Below, in pieces: positions 30,494-39,961 of a stretch of DNA of 64,000 nt. The stretch comes from Gemmatimonadales bacterium (GTDB taxonomy: Bacteria > Gemmatimonadota > Gemmatimonadetes > Gemmatimonadales > GWC2-71-9): assembly GCA_965249575.1 (NCBI GenBank), contig OZ252244.1:1408001-1472000 (forward strand), given 5' to 3'. The notes under the pieces were generated by a model. The model was not told the origin of the DNA. It did no database searches and saw only the letters and a list, made by a program, of their open reading frames with translations. Made by a program: the position numbers and the translations under genes. The stretch's first letter is position 1. The number at the start of each line of letters is the position of its first letter.

Positions 30494-31084
30494 TCACGTC
30501 CCCCCCTTCCAACGTGGGACCAGCGACGTTTCGACCCCCATGTGATCCAGAATCCGCTGCACGATGAAGTCGACCAGCTCCTGCACACTGGTCGGGCGGT
30601 GATAGAAGCCCGGAGCTGCGGGAATCACGATCGCCCCGGCCTCCGTGACCGCGGCGAGATTGCGCAGATGCACGAGCGAAAACGGGGTTTCGCGGGGCAC
30701 GAGGATCAGGGACCGCCGCTCTTTGAGAGCGACGTCCGCCGCCCGTTCGATGAGCGATCGGCTGGAGCCGTGCGCGACCGCGGAGACCGTTCCCATCGAG
30801 CAGGGACAGATGACCATCCCGGCGCTTCGCGCTGACCCGGACGCGGGCGTGGCTCCTCGGTCGCCGTCATCGAATACGTCGACACGCGCCCAGTCACCGC
30901 CGGTGGTGTCTTTCAGCTCATCGACGCTCCCAATCCCGATCTCGGTTTGCAACAATCGCCAACCGTGACCGGAGACGATCAACTGGACGGGAATGCCACC
31001 GCGCGCGAGTTGCTCCAGAAGACGAACCGCATACGGCGCCCCAGATGCGCCGGTGATGGCGAGGATCCACGGAAGCGCCGTCAG
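30494..31084 (-). CDS. ubiX: Flavin prenyltransferase UbiX/MqnM (CTG start)
   Basis: ILAITGASGAPY upstream of the tracked ORF, PCSMGT, RAADVALKERR, PRETP, PGFY. Confidence 0.93.
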   Translation of the reverse strand: MTALPWILAITGASGAPYAVRLLEQLARGGIPVQLIVSGHGWRLLQTEIGIGSVDELKDTTGGDWARVDVFDDGDRGATPASGSARSAGMVICPCSMGTVSAVAHGSSRSLIERAADVALKERRSLILVPRETPFSLVHLRNLAAVTEAGAIVIPAAPGFYHRPTSVQELVDFIVQRILDHMGVETSLVPRWKGGT

Positions 31085-31260
31085 CTCCCTCTCCGGTTAG
31101 GCGTCGGTGAGCGGGGCGGGTGCTTGACGGGAAACGGCGACGGCGCCACTGGGTGCGGATCTCGTGGCCGAATTTCTCGCCGGCCTCTGGATCGCCGCGA
31201 GCGGGCGGGCGCCCGCTTTCTCGGTCGACCCCCAGGATCGCCCGGGCGACATCGCGTCAC
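31081..31260 (-). CDS. Possible 59-aa Arg/Pro-rich small protein bridging the ubiA-like gene and ubiX
   Basis: GTG overlaps the ubiA-like stop (GTGA); its TGA overlaps the ubiX CTG (CTGA); no family recognised. Confidence 0.4.
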   Translation of the reverse strand: MTRCRPGDPGGRPRKRAPARSRRSRGRREIRPRDPHPVAPSPFPVKHPPRSPTPNRRGS

Positions 31261-32216
31261 AGCAGGCGATCCACCAACGTCCCCAGGAAGAACAGGATGC
31301 TCACCACCCCGTTCATGGTGAAGAACGCCGCGTTCAGGCGGCTCAGGTCGCCGGGACGAAGGAGCCGGTGCTCCCAGACGATCGATGCCGCGGCGGCCGC
31401 GAGGCCGACGTAGTAGACCAGGCCGAGCTGAGCCCCGACGCCGAACGCCACCAATAGCACGACAGCCAGTCCGTGCATCAGCCGAGCTGCCGCGATGCTG
31501 CTGCGCTCGCCGAGTGCGACCACCGCACTCCGAACGCCGTGCGCACGGTCGAATACCTCGTCTTGCAGCGCGTAGAAGATATCGAATCCCGCCACCCAGC
31601 TCATGAGGGCGCCCGACAGCGCGAACAGCGTCCACGCTGGCGTGCTCCACGATCCCGTGACCGCCAGATATCCTCCGACGGGTGCGATGGCGAGCGCCGC
31701 CCCGAGCCACACGTGGGACCAGCTCGTGAAGCGCTTCGCATAGCTGTATGCGAGGATCCAAATGAGCGCCAGAGGGCTCAACGCGAGGCACACCCGGTTC
31801 AAGAGGCCCGCCGCGACCATGAACACGATCGAGGACACCCCGACGGCCACCGCAGCCTGGCCGACCGTGAGCCGCCCCGTCGGGATCTCTCGTCCGCTCG
31901 TGCGCGGATTCCGGGCGTCCATCTCGCGATCGACGATGCGATTGAATCCCATCGCGGCAAACCGCGCCGCGGAGAACGCTATCAAGACCAACACGACGTC
32001 GAGGACGCCCACAGCGTCGGCGTAAGACCCGTAGACCACACCGACCAGCGCGAAGGGGAGAGCAAAGACGGTATGTGGGAGTTTGACGAGGTTCGCCAGG
32101 CGAACGAGCAGCGATTCGCCGGGGAAGGTCTGCGCTTCCGGGGTGGGCAGGGACGCCGGGTCGATGACCGGGCGGAGCCCCGAGCTCCAAGGTGCGGTCT
32201 TCCGTTCCCGCTTCAC
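31257..32216 (-). CDS. UbiA-family polyprenyltransferase (MqnP-like)
   Basis: KLPHTVFALPFA, NRIVDREMDARNPRT, YSYAKRFT, FDIFYALQD; exact start uncertain. Confidence 0.92.
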   Translation of the reverse strand: MKRERKTAPWSSGLRPVIDPASLPTPEAQTFPGESLLVRLANLVKLPHTVFALPFALVGVVYGSYADAVGVLDVVLVLIAFSAARFAAMGFNRIVDREMDARNPRTSGREIPTGRLTVGQAAVAVGVSSIVFMVAAGLLNRVCLALSPLALIWILAYSYAKRFTSWSHVWLGAALAIAPVGGYLAVTGSWSTPAWTLFALSGALMSWVAGFDIFYALQDEVFDRAHGVRSAVVALGERSSIAAARLMHGLAVVLLVAFGVGAQLGLVYYVGLAAAAASIVWEHRLLRPGDLSRLNAAFFTMNGVVSILFFLGTLVDRLL

Positions 32217-32218
32217 CC

Positions 32219-33712
32219 TCAACCTCTGGGCTCCAGGTGGATGCCGAGAGCCGGCCACATGGCCTCCACACGGAACCGCGTTTCGTCATCCATCACGATG
32301 CGCTTCGGCCACTCACGATCGAACCCTTCCTCCTTGTATTTCGCCGTGGCATCGATCCCCATCTTCGACCCATAGGTGAACGCACGAGACGCGTGATCGA
32401 GGACGTCGATCGGTCCATTCGTAAACCGAATATCGCGTTGCGGGTCGATGTGGTTGAGCGCGACCCACCATGCCTCCTCCGGGTCCCGTACATTCACGTC
32501 TCGGTCCAAGACCACGATGAGCTTCGCCAGCGACATCAATCCCATCCCCCACAACGCGTTCATGACTTTCCAAGCCTGCCCGGGATACTGCTTGTCGATG
32601 CTCACGAACACCAGATTGTGAAAGATTCCGGGCGCGGGCATGTGGTAATCCACGATCTCAGGGACCGTGAGTCTGAGCAGCGGGAGGAAGATGCGCTCGG
32701 TCGCATGGCCCAGGTAGTAGTCCTCCATGGGCGGGCGGCCCACGATGGTCGTTGGATAAATCGGGTCCCCGCGGCGCGTCACGGCGGTGACGTGCACGGC
32801 GGGGTAGTAGTCCGCCAACGAGTAGAACCCCGTGTGATCGCCGAACGGCCCTTCCACGACGAGGTCTTCCGCCGGGTCGATGAACCCCTCGATAACGAGG
32901 TCCGCGTGCGCCGGCACCATTAAGTCACACGTCTTGGCGCGTGCGAGCTCCACCGGTTCCCGGCGGAGGAACCCTGCAAAGATGTACTCGTCGATCCCCG
33001 GCGGAAGGGGCGCAGACGCTGCGTAAATCGACGCCGGGTCGCCTCCCAACGCAATGGCCACCGGCATCCGCTCTCTCCGTGAGGCCATACTGCGCCAGTG
33101 CGCCGCCCCGACTTTGTGACGCTGCCAATGCATGGCGAGAAGGTCGCGCTCCAGCACCTGCACGCGATACATCCCCACGTTTCGCATACCGGACGAAGGA
33201 TCGCGAGTGATGACTTGGGGGAGCGTGATGTACGCGCCGCCGTCCTCGGGCCAGCACGTGATGACCGGGAGTTCGCCGAGATCGATGTCCCCACCGGTGG
33301 TGACCACCTCTTGGCAGGCCGGCCGGCTCACGGTTCGGGGCGGATACTTCGCCAACTCGAGCAACCTCGGGAGCATCGCGAGCTTCTCGCGCCATCCCTC
33401 GGGCACCTTGACATTGACGAGAGCTGCAATTCGCGATGCGATGTTGCCCAGATCGTCCACCCCCAGCGCGAGTGCAACGCGCCGCATCGATCCGAAGAGG
33501 TTGATCCCAACGGGCATCTCCGCCGGGCGCCCATCCCCCAGCAACGGACGCTCGAACAGGAGCGCCGGCCCGCCCGCCCGGCTCTTCATACACCGATCGG
33601 CAATCTCCGCAATCTCGCGGTCGACCTTCACCGGCGGCGTGACCCGTACCAGCTCCCCAATCGACTCGATCCGCGCGACGAAATCGCGCACGCTATTGAT
33701 CGACGCCGTCAA
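32219..33712 (-). CDS. UbiD-family decarboxylase (menaquinone biosynthesis, MqnL-like)
   Basis: RNVGMYR, EGPFGDHTGFY, GRPPMED, LDHAS, GSKMGIDAT. Confidence 0.94.
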   Translation of the reverse strand: MTASINSVRDFVARIESIGELVRVTPPVKVDREIAEIADRCMKSRAGGPALLFERPLLGDGRPAEMPVGINLFGSMRRVALALGVDDLGNIASRIAALVNVKVPEGWREKLAMLPRLLELAKYPPRTVSRPACQEVVTTGGDIDLGELPVITCWPEDGGAYITLPQVITRDPSSGMRNVGMYRVQVLERDLLAMHWQRHKVGAAHWRSMASRRERMPVAIALGGDPASIYAASAPLPPGIDEYIFAGFLRREPVELARAKTCDLMVPAHADLVIEGFIDPAEDLVVEGPFGDHTGFYSLADYYPAVHVTAVTRRGDPIYPTTIVGRPPMEDYYLGHATERIFLPLLRLTVPEIVDYHMPAPGIFHNLVFVSIDKQYPGQAWKVMNALWGMGLMSLAKLIVVLDRDVNVRDPEEAWWVALNHIDPQRDIRFTNGPIDVLDHASRAFTYGSKMGIDATAKYKEEGFDREWPKRIVMDDETRFRVEAMWPALGIHLEPRG

Positions 33713-34437
33713 ATGCGACGCCCCCAGTGAAGCGCCGCGATCCCGAAGGAAAGCAGCTCAAAGCGCACCTCGCCAAACCCGGCGGCGGACATGAGTTGGC
33801 CGAGCTTCGCGGGGGAGGGAAACTCCAACACCGAGTTTGGCAGGTAGCTGTAGGCGGTCGTATGTTTGGACACGAGGCGTCCGATCATCGGTAGCACGCG
33901 CTGGAAATACCAGAGATACAGCCCCCTGGCAAAGCGGGTCTTCGGCGTCGAGAACTCCAGGATCACCAACCGGCCCCCCGGTTTGAGCACGCGCGCCGCT
34001 TCGGCGAGGCCGTGCTCGAGGTCCGCGAGGTTTCGCACGCCGAAGCCGATCATGCACCCATTAAAGAGCCGGTCCGCGAACGGCAAGTCCAGGGCGTCCG
34101 CCCCGACCGCCTCGAGGCGCACCGACTTCGCCCGCCCGAGTTTGAGCATCGGAACGACGAAGTCGGCGCCCACAATCCGACCGGTAAACCCACGCTGTTT
34201 CGCCAGTTCCGCGGCGAGATCGAGCGTACCGGCGCACGAGTCGAGATACATGCCGTCCGGAGCCCTCTGCCAGCCGAGCCGGGCAACCGCGCGGCGGCGC
34301 CACGAGCGATCGATGTTCAAGCTCAGGACATGATTGAGCAGGTCGTACCGGGGGGCGATGGCGGCGAACATCCCGCGCACGTACGACCGTTTTGCGTCGC
34401 CGGCCAGCGACACAACCGTCGGAGGCGCGGGGGTCAT
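33709..34437 (-). CDS. ubiE: Demethylmenaquinone methyltransferase UbiE/MenG
   Basis: MFAAIAPRYDLLNHVLS, FGVRN, RVLKPGG, AYSYLPNSV. Confidence 0.94.
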   Translation of the reverse strand: MTPAPPTVVSLAGDAKRSYVRGMFAAIAPRYDLLNHVLSLNIDRSWRRRAVARLGWQRAPDGMYLDSCAGTLDLAAELAKQRGFTGRIVGADFVVPMLKLGRAKSVRLEAVGADALDLPFADRLFNGCMIGFGVRNLADLEHGLAEAARVLKPGGRLVILEFSTPKTRFARGLYLWYFQRVLPMIGRLVSKHTTAYSYLPNSVLEFPSPAKLGQLMSAAGFGEVRFELLSFGIAALHWGRRI

Positions 34438-34527
34438 AGGCGCCAAAGATACTGGCACGTTTGAACTTGCCGCAAGAATGGTTCGATTTGAACCTTCTCA
34501 CTCGCGACGGGCGTAGGGTGCCGGAAC

Positions 34528-35130
34528 ATGCCTTCTCGGGAAGACTTACCGAACGCTAGCGATGTCGCCGTCGTCCGCCGGGCGCTGGGCGGTACGGAAG
34601 CCGCGTACCGGGAACTGGTGCGACGGTACCAACGACCAGTGTTCTCGCTCCTCTACCGCATGGTGCGCGACCGCGAACTGGCGGAGGATCTTGCTCAAGA
34701 CACATTCGTCAAAGTGCTGAACGCCCTGGACTCCTACCGCACCGAGTACAAGTTCTCGTCGTGGGTCTTCAAGATCGCAAACAACACCGCCATCGACCAC
34801 CTGAGACGCCGCGCCCTCGACACCCTGTCGCTCGAGGGAGCGCGCGACGCGACCAGCGCCGATCGCGCAGAAGCCACATCCATTCAGGTCGGGGACCCGT
34901 CAGAGACCCCGCTCGAGGAGCTGGAGGCGAGGGAGTTGGGTACGGCCATCGAGGCAGCTATCGGAAGACTTCGACCCGAGTATCGCAGCTGCATCGTGTT
35001 GCGGCACGTCGAGGGACGCTCGTACGAGGACGTCGCCGAGATCCTCGGGCTCCCACTGGGAACCGTGAAGACCTATATCCACCGGGCCCGCGCCGAATTG
35101 CGCTCGTCGCTCGCTCCGATCAGAGAGTGA
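34528..35130 (+). CDS. ECF RNA polymerase sigma factor (SigW/RpoE-like)
   Basis: AEDLAQDTF, FSSWVFKIA.N..ID, region 4 SYEDVAEILGLPLGTVKTYIHRAR. Confidence 0.95.
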   Translation: MPSREDLPNASDVAVVRRALGGTEAAYRELVRRYQRPVFSLLYRMVRDRELAEDLAQDTFVKVLNALDSYRTEYKFSSWVFKIANNTAIDHLRRRALDTLSLEGARDATSADRAEATSIQVGDPSETPLEELEARELGTAIEAAIGRLRPEYRSCIVLRHVEGRSYEDVAEILGLPLGTVKTYIHRARAELRSSLAPIRE

Positions 35131-35153
35131 AACCGTGGAGAGCATCATCCGTA
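35128..35153 (+). promoter_or_regulatory. ECF (SigW-type) promoter between sigma and anti-sigma genes
   Basis: TGAAAC-N16-CGTA, ending 11 nt before the anti-sigma ATG. Confidence 0.75.
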
Positions 35154-35164
35154 GGGGATAGAGT

Positions 35165-35674
35165 ATGAACGACAGACCGCTTCAATCCGAGTCCGAAGCC
35201 GATGCCAGCCTCGACCGGCTCCTGGAGACACTACCGGCCTTCACTCCCCGCCCGGGGTTCGATGACCGCGTGATGGCTCGCGTGCGGAGGCCCTCACCAC
35301 TAGCCATTCGAAGAGCGCAGGCGATGGTGCGAGTGCTGGGATCTCGCGGGGCGTGGGCGCTGGCAGCCGCCTCCGCCGCCGGCACGATTCTCTGGAGCAG
35401 CATGGCCGCAAGTTGGCTAACGGCAAACAGTTATGCTATTCGTTCCGGGGTGGCTGGCCTGGTGGCAGAACTCGCGGTTCCCCTGTGGCGCGAGATCCTG
35501 AGATCGTTGCTCCCTGCCGCCCTATCAGTAGTCAATTACGTGTTGTCGGGGACCCTCCTGCCGGCGATGTTTTCGGCCGCGGTCATCGGCATCTTCCTAC
35601 CGCCGGTTTGCGCCTGGGGACTCCACCGTCTCATGCGGCCGCCACGCACCGGGAGAGTCTATGCAACGCGCTAG
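35165..35674 (+). CDS. Putative membrane-bound anti-sigma factor
   Basis: Directly after the ECF sigma; P.PGFDDRVMARV motif followed by TM helices. Confidence 0.75.
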   Translation: MNDRPLQSESEADASLDRLLETLPAFTPRPGFDDRVMARVRRPSPLAIRRAQAMVRVLGSRGAWALAAASAAGTILWSSMAASWLTANSYAIRSGVAGLVAELAVPLWREILRSLLPAALSVVNYVLSGTLLPAMFSAAVIGIFLPPVCAWGLHRLMRPPRTGRVYATR

Positions 35675-37172
35675 CCTTCGACGAGTCCAGCTCCTAGTTG
35701 CTGCGTTTCTCGCCGTGACCGCCCCGGCGGCGATCGCGCAGGACGTCGTTGGGCACTCCGCCTCTCTCTCAGCCGAGCGCGGCTCGCTGGAGCTCAAGCT
35801 TTCGGACGGAACCATGCTGTCCGTGGTGCTTTCGGGAGGCCAGGTCAGGATCAACGGCACTGACGCAGCGACTTACCAGCCGGGGGGAGCCTTCGAGAAC
35901 GGGTGGCGTGATCTCGTGGCGCGCGCCGGCAGGCTCGGCGCCGCGGATCTGGTTCGGGCCGTGCGGGGGTGGACGGTTGAGGCCCTCGCCGACACGGACC
36001 TCGCGGCGAAAGATGCGGTCACCAGCGCCTTCGAGACTCTCGCCGAGCCCGCGCCGCTGGCGGTGCCGTCACCACCGCCCCCACCGGGTCCACCCCCGGT
36101 TCCCCCGGTACTTGCTGGGATCGATCTCAATGACCTCGACGATGCCGCCTCGCTCCTGTCGCTCGTGAAGACGCTGGCCGGCGATCCCGCGCGAAGGGCG
36201 GATGCCCTCCGGGACGGGACCGTGCACGTTGGCGACTTCGAGTTGCCGAGCGCCCAACGGCATGAGGGGAGTCTGTTGGTGCTGGACGGTGACGCCGAGA
36301 TTCGAGGCCACGTGACGGGGAGCGTCGTGACCGTGGACGGCGACTTGCTCGCCACGCGCGGCGCCAGGATCGATGGAAACGCGATCGCAATCGACGGCGA
36401 AGTCGAGCGGCAGGGTGCGGTGGTCGGTGGCGTCGTGAGAAGCGGCAATCCCGATTTCGAGTTCGAGTTTGGCCGAGATACGGAGCCGGATGTCGAGGTG
36501 TCGGCCATCGAACCGTCCGCAATCAGCACGATCGCCGAGAGTGCCGCCGGCCTGCTGGGGTCATTCGTGGCGCTGGCTTGCATCGGCTTCGGGCTCGTTT
36601 TCTTTCTGCCGCGGGAGCTGGAGATCGTCTCCGATACGGTGACGCAAGCGTTCGCCCGCTCGTTCTTCGCGGGGTTACTCGCCCAGCCGCTCGTGTTGCC
36701 CGCGCTGCTGATCCTCGTGGCGGCGTTGGTACTAACGGTTGTCGGGATCGTTGCCGTGCCGCTCGTGGTAGCGGCGTTCGTGGTAGTGCTGTTCGTCGCC
36801 GTGCTGGGGGGCTACCTCGCTGCGGCCCGTTCCATCGGCGAATTCGTCGTGGGCCGCCGGCTGACACGGCAGGGCCTCATCGGCACACCAACTCCGTACC
36901 GGTACCTGCTCGTCGGGGTCGGCTCCTTGCTCGCCATCTGGGTTCCGAGCGCATTCTTCGGGTGGGTGCCGGTCGCCGGGCCCATGTTACTCGGGACCGC
37001 CGCGGTCTTTACGTGGATCGTCGGGACGGCTGGCTTCGGGGCAGTACTGCTGTCTCGCGCCGGCCTTCGCGGTGCCTTCGTTCGCCGTCATCGACCAGAA
37101 CTCGCGCCACAATTTCCGCAGGCCGCAGCGCCCGCCGTGGAGCGGGCGGGCGAGCACAACCTCACGGGGTAA
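35661..37172 (+). CDS. Membrane protein with bactofilin/polymer-forming-like repeats
   Basis: Signal peptide, Pro-rich linker, G-x-V/I-x-G-D repeats, multi-TM C-terminus. Confidence 0.75.
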   Translation: MQRASLRRVQLLVAAFLAVTAPAAIAQDVVGHSASLSAERGSLELKLSDGTMLSVVLSGGQVRINGTDAATYQPGGAFENGWRDLVARAGRLGAADLVRAVRGWTVEALADTDLAAKDAVTSAFETLAEPAPLAVPSPPPPPGPPPVPPVLAGIDLNDLDDAASLLSLVKTLAGDPARRADALRDGTVHVGDFELPSAQRHEGSLLVLDGDAEIRGHVTGSVVTVDGDLLATRGARIDGNAIAIDGEVERQGAVVGGVVRSGNPDFEFEFGRDTEPDVEVSAIEPSAISTIAESAAGLLGSFVALACIGFGLVFFLPRELEIVSDTVTQAFARSFFAGLLAQPLVLPALLILVAALVLTVVGIVAVPLVVAAFVVVLFVAVLGGYLAAARSIGEFVVGRRLTRQGLIGTPTPYRYLLVGVGSLLAIWVPSAFFGWVPVAGPMLLGTAAVFTWIVGTAGFGAVLLSRAGLRGAFVRRHRPELAPQFPQAAAPAVERAGEHNLTG

Positions 37173-37174
37173 CT

Positions 37175-38044
37175 ATGTTGGACTCACGGGCTATCGGCCT
37201 CGGACTGTTTCTCCACCTCGGACTGGGCGTCCCCTCCGCGGATGCGGAAGGTCAGTCGTTCCAGACGATTTCCTCATCACGGCAAGTACGCGGAGAAGAT
37301 CGGTTGGACGTCGACGTCGAGTTCGCCATCGGAAGTTTTCGCCTCTATCCCGACGACTCGGGCGCTCTGTATCGAGGGGAGATGGTCTACGACGGGGACA
37401 TGTTCGACCCCGAGATCAGCTACGACCCCGAATACCGCGAGCTGCACGTGCGGGTGGGATCCTTTCACTTCGGCGGCGGCATCGAGCACCACGAACGGTC
37501 GAAGCAACGCCTCGAACTCGCCGTCACTCGAGTGGTTCCCGTTCACATCGACGTGGAGTTCGGGGCGGGTGAAGGTGACATCGAGCTGGGCGGATTGACG
37601 CTCGCCTCGGCCAACATTGCAACGGGGGCGAGCTCGAGCCAAGTGCGGTTCAGCGACCCGAATCGCATTACGTGCAGCCGGATTTCGTTCGAGGTGGGAG
37701 CCGCGGAATTTCGAGCCCAGCAATTGGGCAACGCGCGATGCGAGCGGATCGACCTAGCCGCGGGGGCCGGTGAGCTCACCTTGGACTTTTCAGGCGATTG
37801 GGGGTCCGTCGGCCGCGCGCGCGCAGACATTGGCGTTGGCCTCGGCTCGCTCACACTGCGGTTCCCAGCCGACCTCGGCGTGTCCGTCGATGTCAGCCGC
37901 TTCCTGGCGACCTTCGACCGGTCGGGCTTCACTCGCCGGGGGGGCAAGTACTACTCCCGCAACTACGCGACTGCTTCTACCAAGCTCGACCTGGACATCA
38001 CCGCGGCGCTGGGAACCATAGACGTCGTTTGGCTGGACAACTAG
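37175..38044 (+). CDS. Exported beta-repeat protein (LiaF/toast-rack-like)
   Basis: Signal peptide; repeated GAGE-x-x-L-D/E units; last gene of the ECF operon. Confidence 0.7.
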   Translation: MLDSRAIGLGLFLHLGLGVPSADAEGQSFQTISSSRQVRGEDRLDVDVEFAIGSFRLYPDDSGALYRGEMVYDGDMFDPEISYDPEYRELHVRVGSFHFGGGIEHHERSKQRLELAVTRVVPVHIDVEFGAGEGDIELGGLTLASANIATGASSSQVRFSDPNRITCSRISFEVGAAEFRAQQLGNARCERIDLAAGAGELTLDFSGDWGSVGRARADIGVGLGSLTLRFPADLGVSVDVSRFLATFDRSGFTRRGGKYYSRNYATASTKLDLDITAALGTIDVVWLDN

Positions 38045-38081
38045 CGCGAGCGTGATCGAAAAAACGGACCGCCAGCGATAC

Positions 38082-38840
38082 TCACGGAGGCGCGGCCTTC
38101 ACTCGCACTTCCGTCCCCACCCTCTCCGCCAGAACCGCTGCGGCCGATCCGTCACGCACGGCCACCTCGACCGTACCTCCTGACCCCACGAGGGCCGTCA
38201 CGGTCCCGGGGGGAACGTCGGCGAAGGTTCGGCGCACCAGCCCCACGTCACGTTGGCCCACCATACAGGTTCCGTCGGTTTCGACCCGTTGTCCGGGGAT
38301 GTTGGTAATGAGTGTGCCGAAGCGGTCGATGTAGACGACCACGCCGACGATGTCACCGCCCACGCCCCGAGGGGTCGCGACCGGCGTTGTGACCAGGTCC
38401 TTTACCTGCCTGCCGAGATGCCCGAGCGGATCTCCACGGGCAAGCTTCGCGGCCGCCGGCGCGAAAACGTCCCGCCCGTGAAACGTGGGAGAGGCTGACG
38501 GCGGGACTGGCAGCTCGACTACCTCCGAACCGTCGAGTATGGGGCTGAGCACGCCGTTGTCCGGACCAACAAAAGCATGATCGGACTTGGAGGCGGCAAT
38601 CGCCCGGCGGTCGCTCCCGACGCCCGGGTCTACGACGACGAGGTGCACTGCACCATCAGAAAAACGATGCCAAGTACGGCCGAGTACGAAAGACGCAGCG
38701 CCGATGTCGCCAGGGGGGACATCGTGCGAGATATCGATGAGCGTCGCGTCGGGTGCGCCTTGCAGGAGCGTGGCCTTCACCTCGGCCACATAACTGTCTC
38801 GCGTGCCGAAATCGGTGAGCAGGGTAATCAGGGCGCCCAT
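38082..38840 (-). CDS. SAM hydroxide adenosyltransferase / chlorinase-fluorinase family (DUF62)
   Basis: TLLTDFG, VVDPGVG, GPDNG, TFHGRDVF, IDRFG. Confidence 0.93.
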   Translation of the reverse strand: MGALITLLTDFGTRDSYVAEVKATLLQGAPDATLIDISHDVPPGDIGAASFVLGRTWHRFSDGAVHLVVVDPGVGSDRRAIAASKSDHAFVGPDNGVLSPILDGSEVVELPVPPSASPTFHGRDVFAPAAAKLARGDPLGHLGRQVKDLVTTPVATPRGVGGDIVGVVVYIDRFGTLITNIPGQRVETDGTCMVGQRDVGLVRRTFADVPPGTVTALVGSGGTVEVAVRDGSAAAVLAERVGTEVRVKAAPP

Positions 38841-38849
38841 GGGGGCGCG

Positions 38850-39929
38850 CTAGCCGCTGACTATAGGAAGCGTAATGGAACGCGAGCCTGCGCGCTCCGC
38901 GACCTCAGTTGCGATCGCCGCGAGCGCTTCACCGGCCGGAGAACGAGGATCGGCGACGACAATGGGCTTGCCAGCGTCGGCTAAGTCCGCGAGCTGAGCC
39001 TGTAATGGCACCTGTCCGAGGAGTGGCACTCCGGCCTCTTGGGCAAGACGCTCCCCACCACCGGTTAAGAAAATATTCGTCCGCTCCCCGCAGCTGGGAC
39101 AGGTGAAGAACGTCATGTTCTCCACGATCCCGATGACTGGAACGTTCACCCGCTCGAACATCTTGACCCCGCGGAGGGCGTCCCCGACCGCAAGCTCCTG
39201 GGGGGTCGTGACGATGACCGCCCCACGCACCTGTACGGCTTGGACGAGCGAAAGCTGTGCGTCCCCAGTGCCAGGCGGGAGATCTACGATCAGATAGTCC
39301 AGCGGGCCCCACTCGACGTCGCGCAGGAACTGCTGGATGATCTTCATGATGATCGGCCCCCGCCAGATGGCCGGAGCGTCCCGCTCGATCAGGACACCGA
39401 GTGACATCACCTTGACGCCGTATCGTTCGAGGGGCTGTATTTTCCCGCCTCGAACCGGTGGCTTGTCGGTTACGCCGAACATGCGCGGGATGTTCGGCCC
39501 GTAGACGTCCGCGTCCATGAGCCCTACCCGACGGCCGCTCCGGGCGAGTTCGACCGCCATGTTCGCGGCAACGGTCGACTTCCCGACCCCTCCCTTTCCG
39601 GAGGAGATCGCCAGAACATGGCCGAGGTCGCCCGCCTCGGCCGGCCCTGGAGGGGGTGCAGCGGGAGCCTTGGCCGGTTTCGGGCCTTGCGGTTCGACGA
39701 CCTTGATCTTGACCGTCGAAACGCCATCCACGTCGCTCACCGCCCGCCGAACCTCGCGCACGATCGCCGCCGGGTCTTCTCGGGACAGGACGAAGGTGAT
39801 CGAGACGAGGCCGTCGTCGTCGACCGCGAGGTCCCGCACCATACCGGCCGACATAACATCGTTATCGACGCGGTCGTTCCGCACGTTGGTCAGCGCGCTG
39901 GCTACGTGAGCCTCGAGTGTTTTCGCCAT
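38850..39929 (-). CDS. apbC: Mrp/ApbC Fe-S cluster carrier ATPase
   Basis: SGKGGVGKST, DADVYGP, WRGP, DLPPGTGD, ENM..CPSC. Confidence 0.95.
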   Translation of the reverse strand: MAKTLEAHVASALTNVRNDRVDNDVMSAGMVRDLAVDDDGLVSITFVLSREDPAAIVREVRRAVSDVDGVSTVKIKVVEPQGPKPAKAPAAPPPGPAEAGDLGHVLAISSGKGGVGKSTVAANMAVELARSGRRVGLMDADVYGPNIPRMFGVTDKPPVRGGKIQPLERYGVKVMSLGVLIERDAPAIWRGPIIMKIIQQFLRDVEWGPLDYLIVDLPPGTGDAQLSLVQAVQVRGAVIVTTPQELAVGDALRGVKMFERVNVPVIGIVENMTFFTCPSCGERTNIFLTGGGERLAQEAGVPLLGQVPLQAQLADLADAGKPIVVADPRSPAGEALAAIATEVAERAGSRSITLPIVSG

Positions 39930-39961
39930 TGTGGATCGAATGTTAAGGGTGGTTCGCTCGC

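Noticed and set aside
36055..36110. Low-complexity C-rich stretch
   Set aside because: Encodes a Pro-rich linker; not a tandem repeat array
38082..38840. Possible halogenase (fluorinase/chlorinase)
   Set aside because: Housekeeping context and the HGRD motif fit the common DUF62 SAM hydrolase; no biosynthetic cluster nearby
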